This document shows positions 1 to 11,277 of a stretch of 64,000 nt of DNA, in pieces. Source of the DNA: Balanoglossus misakiensis (Eukaryota; Animalia; Hemichordata); the NCBI GenBank assembly GCA_040954595.2, contig CM082589.2, positions 11,482,894-11,546,893 on the forward strand, written 5' to 3'. The notes beneath the pieces were generated by a model. That model was not told the DNA's origin. It searched no databases and saw only the letters and a list, made by a program, of their open reading frames with translations. Position 1 is the first letter of the stretch. Each line of letters starts with the position of its first letter. The translations under genes and the position numbers were made by a program.

Positions 1-95
1 GGATTTAGGATTAATCAACTCTGTGAATATGACCCAATTTCTCCTCGTCAGATTATGCATAAAATTGTTTGATAGTAATGAATAAGGCTATTTAC

Positions 96-379
96 CAACA
101 GGTGTGCATGGTGAACCAGAGTAACCAATTGGGCACCTGGTACTTCCACAAGCTGATGGCTGGATTTTGACCACACTACCCAATAACTCTTGATCCATTT
201 CAACCCACATGACATGATTGCCAAGTGGACTTTGTGAACAGTTCAAAGCCAGACTCTGGATTTCAACAGGAGTCAATACATAATCGTATACATTCATCTG
301 TGTAACATCACCATGGAAGCTAAAATAGTTGTCAAGGAGTCCATTTTCGTCATAGCTTTGACCAAGAATTACCATACAG
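96..379 (-). CDS. Internal exon, pentraxin/LamG C-terminal half plus EGF-like start (SVEP1-like multidomain protein)
   Basis: Translation VILGQSYD...FHGDVTQMNVYDYVLTPVEIQSLALNC...GNHVMW is a pentraxin C-terminal signature, followed by CPIGYSGSPC (EGF-like). Acceptor caacag precedes 379 and donor gtaaat follows 96. The phase-2 start matches the upstream exon. Confidence 0.8.
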
Positions 380-782
380 CTGTTGAAAAACAAGAGAATA
401 ATGAATTCATTAAAAGTGCTGGTAAGAAGTTGTCAAAAATAAACTGTGAAAATCAGTATCGTTCCGCATAAGTTTGAATTTGAAAGTGCCACGAAGATAG
501 CTTTGCTGATGTCCATAGTTTGCTCCCTTGATTTTTTTGGCCAGTTTTGTTGTAAGTCGCAACATGTTATGATGATATTGTATTGTCATGTAGGAGTAAG
601 ACAAGCTACCTAGCAGATAAGTTATAAACAAGATAACTGCTTCACAAATAAATGGTTCACTTCTCTTGAGGCTTGGGAAAACTTGACAGTATAGGAAAAT
701 ATAGAATTTTAACATGTGATGATGACAATTTTCTATGGCTTTGTAGGAGTTAAAAATGTTCGGAGTTCCACTAGCAACTTAC

Positions 783-983
783 TTTTCTGAGTCATCGATA
801 CCTGTCCAGGATGGAAGGGGTGATGTTACTGCAACACCATTCAAGTAAACTGCCACAATGCCTTCTTCAATTACCATGACAACATTATGCCACGAGTTGT
901 CATCTACTGATACGGTTACACCATTTGTACTGACAGATAGACTTCTGTCCAGGACAAGAAGGGTACTATCAACTTGGGTTAAG
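783..983 (-). CDS. Internal exon, pentraxin/LamG middle part of the same gene
   Basis: DDNSWHNVVMVIEEGIVAVYLNG is a LamG/pentraxin motif. Acceptor ttggcag and donor gtaagt. Ends in phase 2, compatible with exon 96-379. Confidence 0.72.
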
Positions 984-1223
984 CTGCCAAGAAATTCAAA
1001 ACAGAGATTAGACATAAATCGGTGCATCAGCTGGTACTTTTGGGAAATTATCACACTTTTTTCAAACTGCACCACCTTTAGCCCATACAGAAGTATGCAC
1101 TGAACTATGTACAAGTATTATGAACCCTAAGTATGAGTGCATATGCAAGTTTAAACCAGACAAATAATAAATCTTCGCCGCAAAGGAATATGGTCGCCAC
1201 CGTGAGAAAATGCAAAATACAAT

Positions 1224-3161
1224 TAAAGTTGCAAGCAGCGTTGGCGGGGCACAAGCGGTTCCCATGGTAACAAGCAAATGCCAAGGCTGTATCTGCTGTG
1301 GATACCAAGATATTGGAAAGTAGGTCAAAGGTCACCTGAGGTCACCCCAAATTTGGGCAAAAAAATCGGACCCCATACTAGTCTAGGTCCAACAAAAACC
1401 AAACACCTAGCTCTATTGGTTCGCCTAGAATTAGGTATGCGCATAATTAATGAGGTCTTGTGTAAGACTCCATATCTGCTCCATCGGCCCTCCAAAAGCC
1501 AGGACTCTAACTGCTGTGGATGCTGAGATATGGGAAATTAGATCAAAGGTCATCCAAGGTCACCCAAAATTTGGGCATAAAATGTTGACCCCAGAGTGGG
1601 CCATGTCCAACTAAAACCAGACCTCTAGCCCTATTGGTTAGCCTGGAATTAGATATGCAGAAAAATGATGTTTCAGAAATAGGTCAAGGGTCATTGCCAA
1701 AATTACCAAAATAGCTGTGTCATGTCCTGGCAGCATTGGTACCCATGTCCACAAAATTCATGACTGTGGTGCTTTTACAAGAGGAGGTATGGGGATATGC
1801 ATATATAATTAGTTGTTTTAAAACTGGGTCAAAGGTCATGTCAAAATTGCCCCGAAAAATTGTAACAACTTCCGGTCATATGATGACTCATATCCAAAAA
1901 AAGAATTTACGTGCTGTCAACATTTTGGCTACAAAACAGAATTTTCATTTTTCAATGGTTTTCCGAAAATCCAACATGGCCGCCATAATGATCGACCAAT
2001 CACAGTGCGCTTCGCAAACTTGATAAACATAGGTTAGGTGACCACATACCCCGAATCCTGTGACTCGGCAATCGCTGGTTCTGGAGAAGAAGATTTTTAA
2101 AGTTTTAAGTAGTTTTTCAGAAAATCAATTGTAGCAAAAAAACTTTATGTGTGACGTCATGATTTCAATGGGGTAAAATGATGGACAGAAGGTAGGCTAC
2201 CTGTACACCAAATTTGAACTCGATCGGCCCAGTAGTTTTTGAGAAGGACTCGTTTAACGATTGTCAGGAAATGCAATATGGCCGCCAGGTCACGTGACTA
2301 ATTAAATATTCACGAGCCACTGCACGTCTACTCATTGGCCCCTATCACCCTACCAAGTTTCAGCCCCCAAGGTGCAGCGGTTTTCCAGATCTACCTGGCC
2401 GAATTTCTCGGAAGAAGAAGAAGAAGAAGAAGAATTAAAGCTGCGAGCAGCATTGTTGGGCCCAAGCGCTGATCTTGAATTATATATGCACAGTATGAAT
2501 GAGAAGAAACAGAATTTTCTATCGGATGTATTATCTCATGACATAACAATGATGTGTGTATTTTTGCTGCTGAAATAGGGTGAAGTAGGTCAAAGGTCAC
2601 CTGAGGTCACCCAACATTTGGGCAATTTTTTTTTACCCATACTGGTCCATGTCCAACAAAAACCAAAACTCTAGCTCTATTGGTTCGCCTGTAATTAGGT
2701 ATGTGCATAATTAATGAGGTCAGCAGAGGTCAAAGGGGTCATGAAAAGTAGCAAAATATTTTGATCACACACTAATCCACATTCATCAAAAACCAAACCT
2801 CTAGCCCTATAGGTTAGCCTGGAATTAGATATGCAGAAATAATAACGCGTGATAATTAGGTCAAAGGTCATGTGAAAAATCGCCAAAAAATTGTTATATA
2901 TTTTAGTCACATGAGAATTGATATCCATAAAAAGAATTTGTATGCTATCAATTTTTGGACTAGAAAAAGGAATTTCAATTTTTCTCTGTTTTTTACAAAA
3001 TCCAATATGGCCACCATAATCTTCGACCAATCACAATGCTCTTTGCAAACTTGATAGACATCAGTGTAGTGACCATACTCCCCGAATCTTGCGACTCAGT
3101 CATCGCTCGTTCTGGAGAAGAAGATTTTTGGAGTTTAACTATGGTTTTACAAAAAAACAAT
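1224..3161 (+). mobile_element. Two tandem copies of a non-autonomous HINE/Helentron-like repeat (second copy truncated at 3161)
   Basis: Both start aaag(t/c)tgc(a/g)agcagc (about 1225 and 2437). They share internal subrepeats (ggtcaaaggtcacctgaggtcacc...), and the first ends in a (GAA)n tail at 2411-2433. Related sequence recurs at 34.9-36.0 kb and 51.1-52.3 kb. Family assignment is from architecture only. Confidence 0.45.
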
Positions 3162-3564
3162 AAACCCGCTGTACCTCCGCATGTCTCCACAAGAGCTAGG
3201 AGCTCAAAATCGGTCGGACGCAGACCAGCGGTCTGTCAGGTGTAGTAACCGTAACACCAATAAAGGTAGGTTTTCATTGATTCTAATAGGTCTCCGTTCA
3301 TCAACATTTCAAATATTCTCCATAATCCAGTAGTTGCCACTGTACTTGAATGAAATATTTCCTTTCAAACTTCCAAATGGTAACCGAATCTCAAATCGCA
3401 AATCTTTCCATTTTAATAACGAAGTCGGATGCCGAAATTACCAACTCACTTTTTCTATCAGACTCCATCATTCTAATACTTTACTTCAATGTTCAAAAAT
3501 TGTGTAAAACAATATCCACTCTCAATCTATATTTCAGGTTTAACGGCGTAATGGCATCCCCGGC

Positions 3565-3817
3565 CTTTGCTCTATCATAGAGGCAAATGGTATTATCTCT
3601 TCCAGTGGAAAAGTTGCGGAGCTGTACGTATTCTCCCTTCTATAATCTGTTCAGCCACTTCGGATTTTCTTTCCAGAATTTAAGTTCCAGAACGTTGCCA
3701 TCGTGCTGCATACAAGGCACGCTAAACAGTTTCCCGTTGGCGGAATTCCTGATCTCGACATCCTCCATGACGCGCAATTTCACAGCCATGCCTTGGCTGG
3801 TTGCAGATGATGGAGCT
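3565..3817 (-). pseudogene. Locally inverted copy of OB-fold gene coding exon 1
   Basis: The reverse complement encodes QGMAVKLRVMEDVEIRNSANGKLFSVPCMQHDGNVLELKFWKENPKWLNRL*, while its own ATG (3551) and intron (from 3821) lie on the + strand. Confidence 0.8.
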
Positions 3818-4252
3818 AAGGTACGTAACAATCGCACCCCGAAACGCCTGGGCCCTTTTTTGTGTGTAGTCATTGTGGGTATGTTAACCTCCCATGTCCT
3901 TCATTTTTAGAAATTTAGTATACAAAACTGGATGACCGATTATGTTTTAGAGACCTTTCCCGAATCCACCTGAAGCCCAGTCGGAATGTCTTGGGATGTA
4001 ACCTAAATTCAATATGGCCGCCTCCATGCGTTCACTTGCATTTGAAAATACGTTGATTTTATCGTCGATTAGCGGTGTTTATTCTCAGTATCAATTTAAA
4101 CGCGGCACTCGCTCACAAGTCATATTCTAGAAAGAAAGAAAAAATGATAGTTTCGAGTACAGATTACATGTATTTTAAAACGAGGTTTGGTAACAATGGT
4201 ATCACTACTAAATGACTTACAATCGATGTTTTTAATTGTCTTTGCACCACAG

Positions 4253-4424
4253 TATGAATCCGGTGATGGTAAATCGCATTCAACTTAGAAGGCATGGAGA
4301 AAGCGCAACTGATGGTAACTGGGATGCCAAACTGAAACTTTTGGGAGAGAAAACCTTGCCATGTACGGACGTGGGTGTCACAGTTAAACTTGGGTTAAAT
4401 ACTACAGCGACAACCGAAGTCCCA
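4253..4424 (+). pseudogene. Degenerate copy of OB-fold gene coding exon 3
   Basis: The ccacag|tatgaatc acceptor and ...LLGEKTLPCTDVGVTVKLGLNTTATTEV are homologous to 20533-20739, with a frameshift and an internal deletion. Confidence 0.75.
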
Positions 4425-4707
4425 TTGAGATATGATATGTGGTAGTGCATGTCCACATGAGTGCCGTGTACTAGCCTCTCTCTCTGTAAATCCATCCAGG
4501 CTACTGCTTTCTGTACATTGGAGAGAAATGAGAACAAGATGGTTAAATCATATTTTGTATAAGATGGTGTTGACGAAAATAAGATGCATGTGAATTGTAG
4601 GACTGAAATGTTTCTGTAATGAATACTAAATTAAAAGTTCACAACTTGCATGCAGATAGTAAGTGCTGGGGAAGTTGCAGGGTGGAGATTGCTTTGGTTT
4701 AGTTAAC

Positions 4708-4858
4708 TTACTCAATCTTTGTGACTGTTGCATTTCTTGATTGATAGAGTAGTGTACATGCATTGGCAGGTTTTCTAATATGGCCTCCTCTGTACCCAAG
4801 GTCTGGCATAAGGTGGGACACTGTAAGTATTTGCCGTCTGACACAGAAGATGCCACTT
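4708..4858 (-). pseudogene. Putative last coding exon (exon 5) of the OB-fold gene
   Basis: Acceptor ttttttctag. The phase-2 start continues exon 4 and reads SGIFCVRRQILTVSHL...RNATVTKIE*. An alternative frame, EEAILENLPMHVHY, suggests internal frameshifts. Confidence 0.5.
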
Positions 4859-4967
4859 CTAGAAAAAAATAAGAAGGACAGAATGTGATTGGTAAGACAC
4901 AGAGACGTGAACATGTACACAAAATGATAGGAAATTGGTGGAAGCAAGTACTGCAGTTAATACTTAC

Positions 4968-5032
4968 TCATCTATGTCTATTCCCTCAAATATCCCTTCT
5001 ACCATATCATCACCATTTGGTTCTTTTAACAC
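4968..5032 (-). CDS. Putative coding exon 4 of the OB-fold gene
   Basis: ccctaag|GTG...GA|gtaagt, 65 nt, VLKEPNGDDMVEGIFEGIDID. A homologous partial exon (VLKEPIATGDDM, ~15720-15767, minus strand) lies directly downstream of exon 3 in copy 2. Confidence 0.6.
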
Positions 5033-6219
5033 CTTAGGGAAAAATTGAGAGTTACATTAGAAGCACCGACAATAGGAGGGGGGGGGGGTAAGGTTTGCAG
5101 AGAACAAGTTTTTTTTATGAACATTTGTGAAAATCAGAAATTAGTGACATGTAGGATTTCAATTTTATGATGTAACATTGTTTTCTTTTCAACATCAGTT
5201 CTCTGAGTAAAAAGATGGCCATGTAAATTTTCTCTAAGTTTGTTAGAGAAATAAAGTACATGTACAACTTTAATGTTTCACTAATTGAGTTTCAGTGTTC
5301 TTGTATTGTCTCCTTTGCCCCATGTCAACCTCAAAGTAAATATCAAATTTGCCATTTTTGACTTATTTGTCCTTGTAGTGGGCCACATAGCATTTTAGTG
5401 CAACTTATGAAAATCTGAAGAACCAAATGCCTAATTTACCCACTCTGCACAGATTTATGTCAATGGTACTGACTTGATGATCGGTATAGCGCCCTCTGTG
5501 GTAGGGGGTGGGGGGTTAACCTAGCCTTTATATGTTTATCCCTGTCCGGTTCCATTCCAATTGTATCTATGGTAACCTTATTATCAGCAGTAAATGCCAC
5601 AATTGTAAAACAGCAATAATTTTAGTATCAAGCACTCTGTGGAATTAAATATACCCTGTGTATTCTTTGATTCCCATTAGTAATCATGCAACTTTGCCAT
5701 TTTGGGCCTTCTGATTTGCTGTATGTGCTCACTAGTCCTTCCCAACGTCTCTGAATTAGAAGGCCATTGTCATTTGTATAGTGTAGACACATTTCATTTT
5801 AGTACAACTGATGAAAGTCTCGTGAAAAACCAAATGCTTAATTTACCCACTGTGCAAAGATTATCTGAATGATATTGTGTTGATCGTCATATAGTATAGC
5901 GCCCTCTGCGATAGTATTTGGATGATTGTGCCAGGGAGAAGGGGGTACTGAGGGAGCAGATGCAGATGACAGCAAGGCATATCCACTGAACAATGAGACG
6001 GTACGTGTTGTCAGCATTCAGGGAGAGTAAAAAGGGGAGCGCAAGAGACCAGGATGAAGAGACGAGCAGTATTGCATCATCTGTGGAAATAAATGCCAAG
6101 AGAAGGTAAGTGTGGAAGACAAGCACTTAGGGGTTATAAACAAATGTTTTTTTGTGGACAGTTATAGTATCAAGCATTGTGGAATTAAATATACACAGTG
6201 TGTGTTGTGTGTTAGATAG

Positions 6220-6252
6220 GTACATACATACATACATACATACATACATACA

Positions 6253-6286
<34 letters not shown>

Positions 6287-6490
6287 CATACATACATACA
6301 TACATACATACATGCATGCATACATAGATACATAGATACATAGATACATGCATACATGCATACATGCATACATGCATACATGCATACATGCATACATGCA
6401 TGCATGCATGCATACATACATACATACATACATACATACATACATACATACATACATACATACATACATACATACATACATACATACATG
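6220..6490 (+). repeat. (CATA)n/(CATG)n microsatellite
   Basis: Directly visible. An inverted copy including the unique flank lies at 8361-8520, and another (TATG)n tract at 47987-48056. Confidence 0.95.
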
Positions 6491-6523
6491 GAAAACACAC
6501 AGCAAATGGACTCCTTTTTTATC

Positions 6524-6595
6524 ATCCTCACCAGGAATCGAACCAGGATCCCTTATCACAAAGTGACAAGTGCGTTAACCATTACACCATGAGGA
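6524..6595 (-). pseudogene. tRNA-like sequence (tRNA pseudogene or SINE head)
   Basis: The minus strand reads tcctcat ggtgtaatggttaacgc a cttgtcac ttt gtgataag ggat cctggttcgattcctgg tgagga. It has A and B boxes, acceptor and D stems, and an abnormal anticodon arm. Confidence 0.6.
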
Positions 6596-6808
6596 TTGTT
6601 TTATCTCCACTAACTGCCAACACACTGTCCAATTGCACATTCACTCACTGACATATTCAACACACCAGTTTTTTTATTTCAATAAAAATTCACAAATGCA
6701 TGTGAGAAATAACAGAGAGTCAGAAATTGGCATCCACAGGAGTTACTGCATTGCTATATGGTATTATAGAGCAGCCAATGCAGTCTAACACTTTTATTAG
6801 CTTATTAA

Positions 6809-7111
6809 AGGCAGAAAGTCTCTTTGCTGCCCTTTTTTAATAATTATGTGTGATACAAGAGACTGTTGATGTGGATATATAGTGAATCAACGTTCGACCA
6901 CACACAGCTTCCATCCCGTTTGTAGGATATGACAGTAAAAACTCGCCCAAAATGAATAAATGGTAAAGACCAATTATTCATTCTGGCAAGATTTTTCACT
7001 CTCGTGTCTACAAGCAGTGTGTGTTGTTGAATGTTGATTCACTATATATCCACATGTACATTAACATAAATGGTGTCTTGCATCAAACATAATTAATGGA
7101 AAAGGGTCCCT
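6809..7111. mobile_element. Hairpin MITE flanked by TTAA (Kolobok-like AGG ends)
   Basis: ttaa|agg...cct|ttaa ends, with a long internal inverted repeat (atgtggatatatagtgaatcaac / gttgattcactatatatccacat; taattatgt / acataatta). Confidence 0.5.
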
Positions 7112-10100
7112 TTAATTTATATACTTATCAAATTGTAAGCTAACCAATATGGTTAGAAGTCCGATTTGCTTGGACGTGAACCAATATGATCTATCAAAAT
7201 TTTCTGGTAAAAGTTTGAGTAACTATAACGTGTGCTTTCACCTTTTTTCATCATGTTGCTTGGGCCCTGACAATGCTGCTTTATAGCTACTACAGGATTA
7301 GATTACTTCCATTTGGCAGTAGCATATAAGTGTAATGGTGTAGAAAGTTTATCCTGTTTACTGAAAGAGGAATTGCAAGAGAAACCATGTGTTATAAAAA
7401 AAAACTAGAAGATATTAAATAGCCTTAGTAAACATTTCCCAGAAACATTTCAATGAACAGTTACCATAATGTACTTTACATTAGAGTCAGAGGTGACTAA
7501 AAGGCTAATATTGTCATTTGTGAAATGTACACAATTGTATTTATATTGTCGGTGAACTGTTTAGCTGTGTTGTCAGTTATGTTGAGCTTATTAGATTGGG
7601 TGATTGTCTTATTGGGTGAGTGGTGTCACTGTCTGTCACTTTTCTTTACTGAAACCACGGGGCCAATTACTTTGAAATTTAGTATGCAGGTTCCTAGGGT
7701 GAAGTTGGTAGAGTTTATGTAAATTGTGGTGAAATGTGTAATTTTTGATCAATTTTAGTTGTGTTTAGTTAAATTCTTTGTACAATTACTTTGAAATTTA
7801 GTGTGTAGGTCCTTGGGGTTGATTTTACTGGAATTTGCTCAATTTGTGACAGAATGTGGAATATGTTATTTCGGAAGCAATTGCTTGTTTGGTCTTTTTT
7901 ATTTCATAAACCAGATACTGTGATTGTTTTTCTGTTCTTTTTTGTATGTGTGTCTATTTTCACAATTGAAATAAATTAATATAAGGCTATATAAAATAAA
8001 TTGGTGTTTTATGCTTTTTGTGTAAGTATGAATGTATGTATGTGTGTAAGAAGATTGATATTGTTTGTATGGTTGATATCAGATATCATATGTCTTATAG
8101 TGAGAAAGAAACCACTACACAATCCCTAGTAGTATTTGTGGTAATATATCTGTTTTGAGAATATAGCCCATTAGTATATTGTAGTCTTTGTACAACTTTT
8201 CTTCAAAATGTGTTATATGAACAAATAAAATATGGCAAGAAGATGAATTGTTTCGAAGAATGAATCATAATAAACAGTAGAATTTGGTCAATTTTTGTTC
8301 AGGCATAATGAAATAGCTTGTACATGAGCTTGCACGACGGTATTTGGTCAATACAGGGCGCATGCATGTATGTATGTATGTATGTATGTATGTATGTATG
8401 TATGTATGTATGTATGCATGCATGTATGTATGTATGTATGTATGTATGTATGTATGTATGTATGTATGTATGTATGTATGTATGTACCTATCTAACACAC
8501 AACACACACTGTGTATATTTGTTGGGCATTTTGGTTTTCTACCACATATCTCAGTAGTTTCCATGCCATAGTGACTCTTCAGTTTTACATAATGATATCC
8601 AATATAACCCAATCTACTATTAATGCGATTTTTTTTTTCATTTTGATTGTGGAAATGGTTAAAAATGAAAAACATCTGAATTTGTACTTTAATAAATATA
8701 AGCTATATAGTATTTTACAATGGTCATAAATTTATGTTAACATGGCAAAACATGTTTTAGTGTTTATGTATACTTGTTTAATATAGAGAAATAATTGTAC
8801 AAATAAAATGACAACTTACTTTTGCTTTTAAAAATAATTAAAAATGGTAATGTTTCTTGAGATATACCAGGGTTTCTAGAATATAGAGGGCGCTGGCACG
8901 GGAACATTTGATGGTTGTCCCCAATACAACATTCTGGTATCATGTTTTATCATCTGTGGACATTTGGCAGCGATATCCAACAGGATGTGCATAAAATCCC
9001 GAGAAGGTCTTCTCGTTGTATTGCTTCTTGAGATATTGAAACTGTCTTGAATCCCAACGCGAATGTGATGGTGATGCGTATGTTGTTGCACGTAGTCACA
9101 TCCGAAAACGAATCAAGTGCTCTTGTTGTTCAGCAGCTGAATATAGGTTAGTGGGATATGTGTATATTCTCGTGGTTATTTTTAATGAGTATAAATGACA
9201 GAATCGGTGGTTTGAACGTGTAAGAGTTGATGGTATTGGTTATGTAGTTGTGTTTTATCCAATGGTAGTGTGATTTTAATTGTGTATGAGGCGATGGCAG
9301 TTTTTATCAGGCTTTTTTTATTTTCGTGTCGAGCGACATCCAATATGGCGGTTGTCGTTATATACTGAAAGGGTTTCGTTTGTATGCATGTTTTGGCAAA
9401 TTGTATATATGTTAAGATGGTGAAGTTTGCTTGAAGGAATAGAAACATCAGAGGCTGGGTACATCGGAGTTTCTATTTCATTCCATACAAGTTGAAATTA
9501 AGCTTATTTTTGGAGTGTATACAGGTACATATGATTATTTAGAAACGGTTTTAGGCAAGTGAATCTGCTGAATTCGGGCGATCGGTCTTGTATCGTGTGT
9601 ATGAAACGTACAAGCAGTGGTAGGATATTATTTTGGGATGTGTACTTCAATAGTTTCCATGTCTCTTATATGTATTTGTCAAAAAATAAACAGTAGTAAA
9701 AATGGATTGTATTTTCCATTATTTTTTCTGTTAATATTGTATGTTTACATGACCAAAAGCCTTAAGGTTTTCATTGGAATTTATATCAGGGTAATCAATT
9801 TGTTTTTGATAATTATTTGCTTCAAATATGGAACAATCTGTGTGAGTACATAACAGAAACATTGCTAGATAATTTGACATTTGAATTGTTCGTAAGAATG
9901 TGAGGACAAGCATAGAATTGGCCAAATTATGCTGGTGACCACTCTGTTTAGTGTGTATGCTTTCTAGTCGTGACAGGCATGTTAAAAACATAGACAATGA
10001 AATCTGGTTGGAGCATGAAAAGTAGAGTTGACTTGTTAACATATTTTGATGCCATGAAACCATTTTGTGGACAGGACAATTTATGTGACCAAGAATTGAT

Positions 10101-10936
10101 TTTCTGAATATCACAAGGTTGATAGTGAATTCATTGTAATTTGTTGTCCTGTTTAAGTAGTGGGGTTATTGTAAAAAAATCATCATTCGCTATCTTGTAC
10201 TTGGAGTGATGTCATCTCGACATTGATACATTATGGCTATTGAGAGGTGCGTGTTATGCAGGCAAGTGTATATCTTGATGTACTTGTTTAAATACACAAT
10301 TATACTTAATGATTTAATTTAAAAGTTTTGTTTATTTTCTTGACAGTTTTGGCTGCCAAAGAGTTCTCAAGGTGAGTGTTGGTGTACATCAGTGCAAAGT
10401 ATCATGTACAAACTAAGAGATCAACACACTCAATTGTGTATTGTGTCGTGTACGAATTAGTTTCGTAAATCATTTGTAGATAACGTGTTTAGTTTTGTGG
10501 TAAGTGACACTGAGGTTTCAGATCGGATAGGATGATTGTCCAGTGCCATGCATTGTGTGTTAACATGTGAAAGCACTAGCCTAATTTGTTTGAAATTTGG
10601 TATTCAGGGATGATGTAAGAAAAAATAATTTTAACAGTTCATAGAATCAGTGTTTATTAATACTTCAAAAAGGTATGTGACTTGAATGTGTGCAGTACAT
10701 CATTGTGCTATGTGGTGTTAACACCATTGAATAGTGCCATTACTTACAGCAATCTTACAGCAATGGCTTCAGTAAAAATTTGAGTATGATTTGTGTGATT
10801 CCTGATACCCCTGTCTTGTCATTTGTGATGTTTTACTGTGTACTTTTTGAAATAAAGAAACTGGTGTGTTAGTTGAATATGTCAGTGAGTGAATGTGCAA
10901 TTGGACAGTGTGTTGGCAGTTAGTGGAGATAAAAAA

Positions 10937-11008
10937 TCCTCATGGTGTAATGGTTAACACACTTGTCACTTTGTGATAAGAGATCCAGGTTCGATAACTG
11001 GTGGGGAT
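10937..11008 (+). pseudogene. tRNA-like sequence, paralog of 6524-6595
   Basis: tcctcatggtgtaatggttaacac...ccaggttcgataactggtgggga, with A and B boxes. Confidence 0.55.
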
Positions 11009-11277
11009 GATGAAAAAAAGAGTCCATTAGCTGTGTGTTTGAGTATGAGTGTAATATATGTATGTACGTATTTATGCATGTATGTAGCCAGCAAACACAC
11101 AAAACATATTGTGTATATTCAATTCCATACAGTGTTTGATAATAAATATGTTGCTGTTTTACAATTTGGCATTCACTGCTGATAATTAGGTTTCCATAGA
11201 TACAAGCGGAATGCAATAGAAGAGGGATAACCATATACATGTATAGAAAAGGTAGGTTACCCCTTCCCCTATCATCC

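Noticed and set aside
5927-6112. Purine-rich exon-like fragment ending in ag|gtaagt
   Set aside because: It has an in-frame stop, no acceptor and no recognisable homology, so it cannot be assigned.
6127-6651. MYVC/HTYI-repeat ORFs (also 8265-8675 and 47937-48264)
   Set aside because: They are translations of (CATA)n microsatellites.
8876-9130. Coding-like stretch in the loop of palindrome 1
   Set aside because: Short frames with no motif I could recognise.
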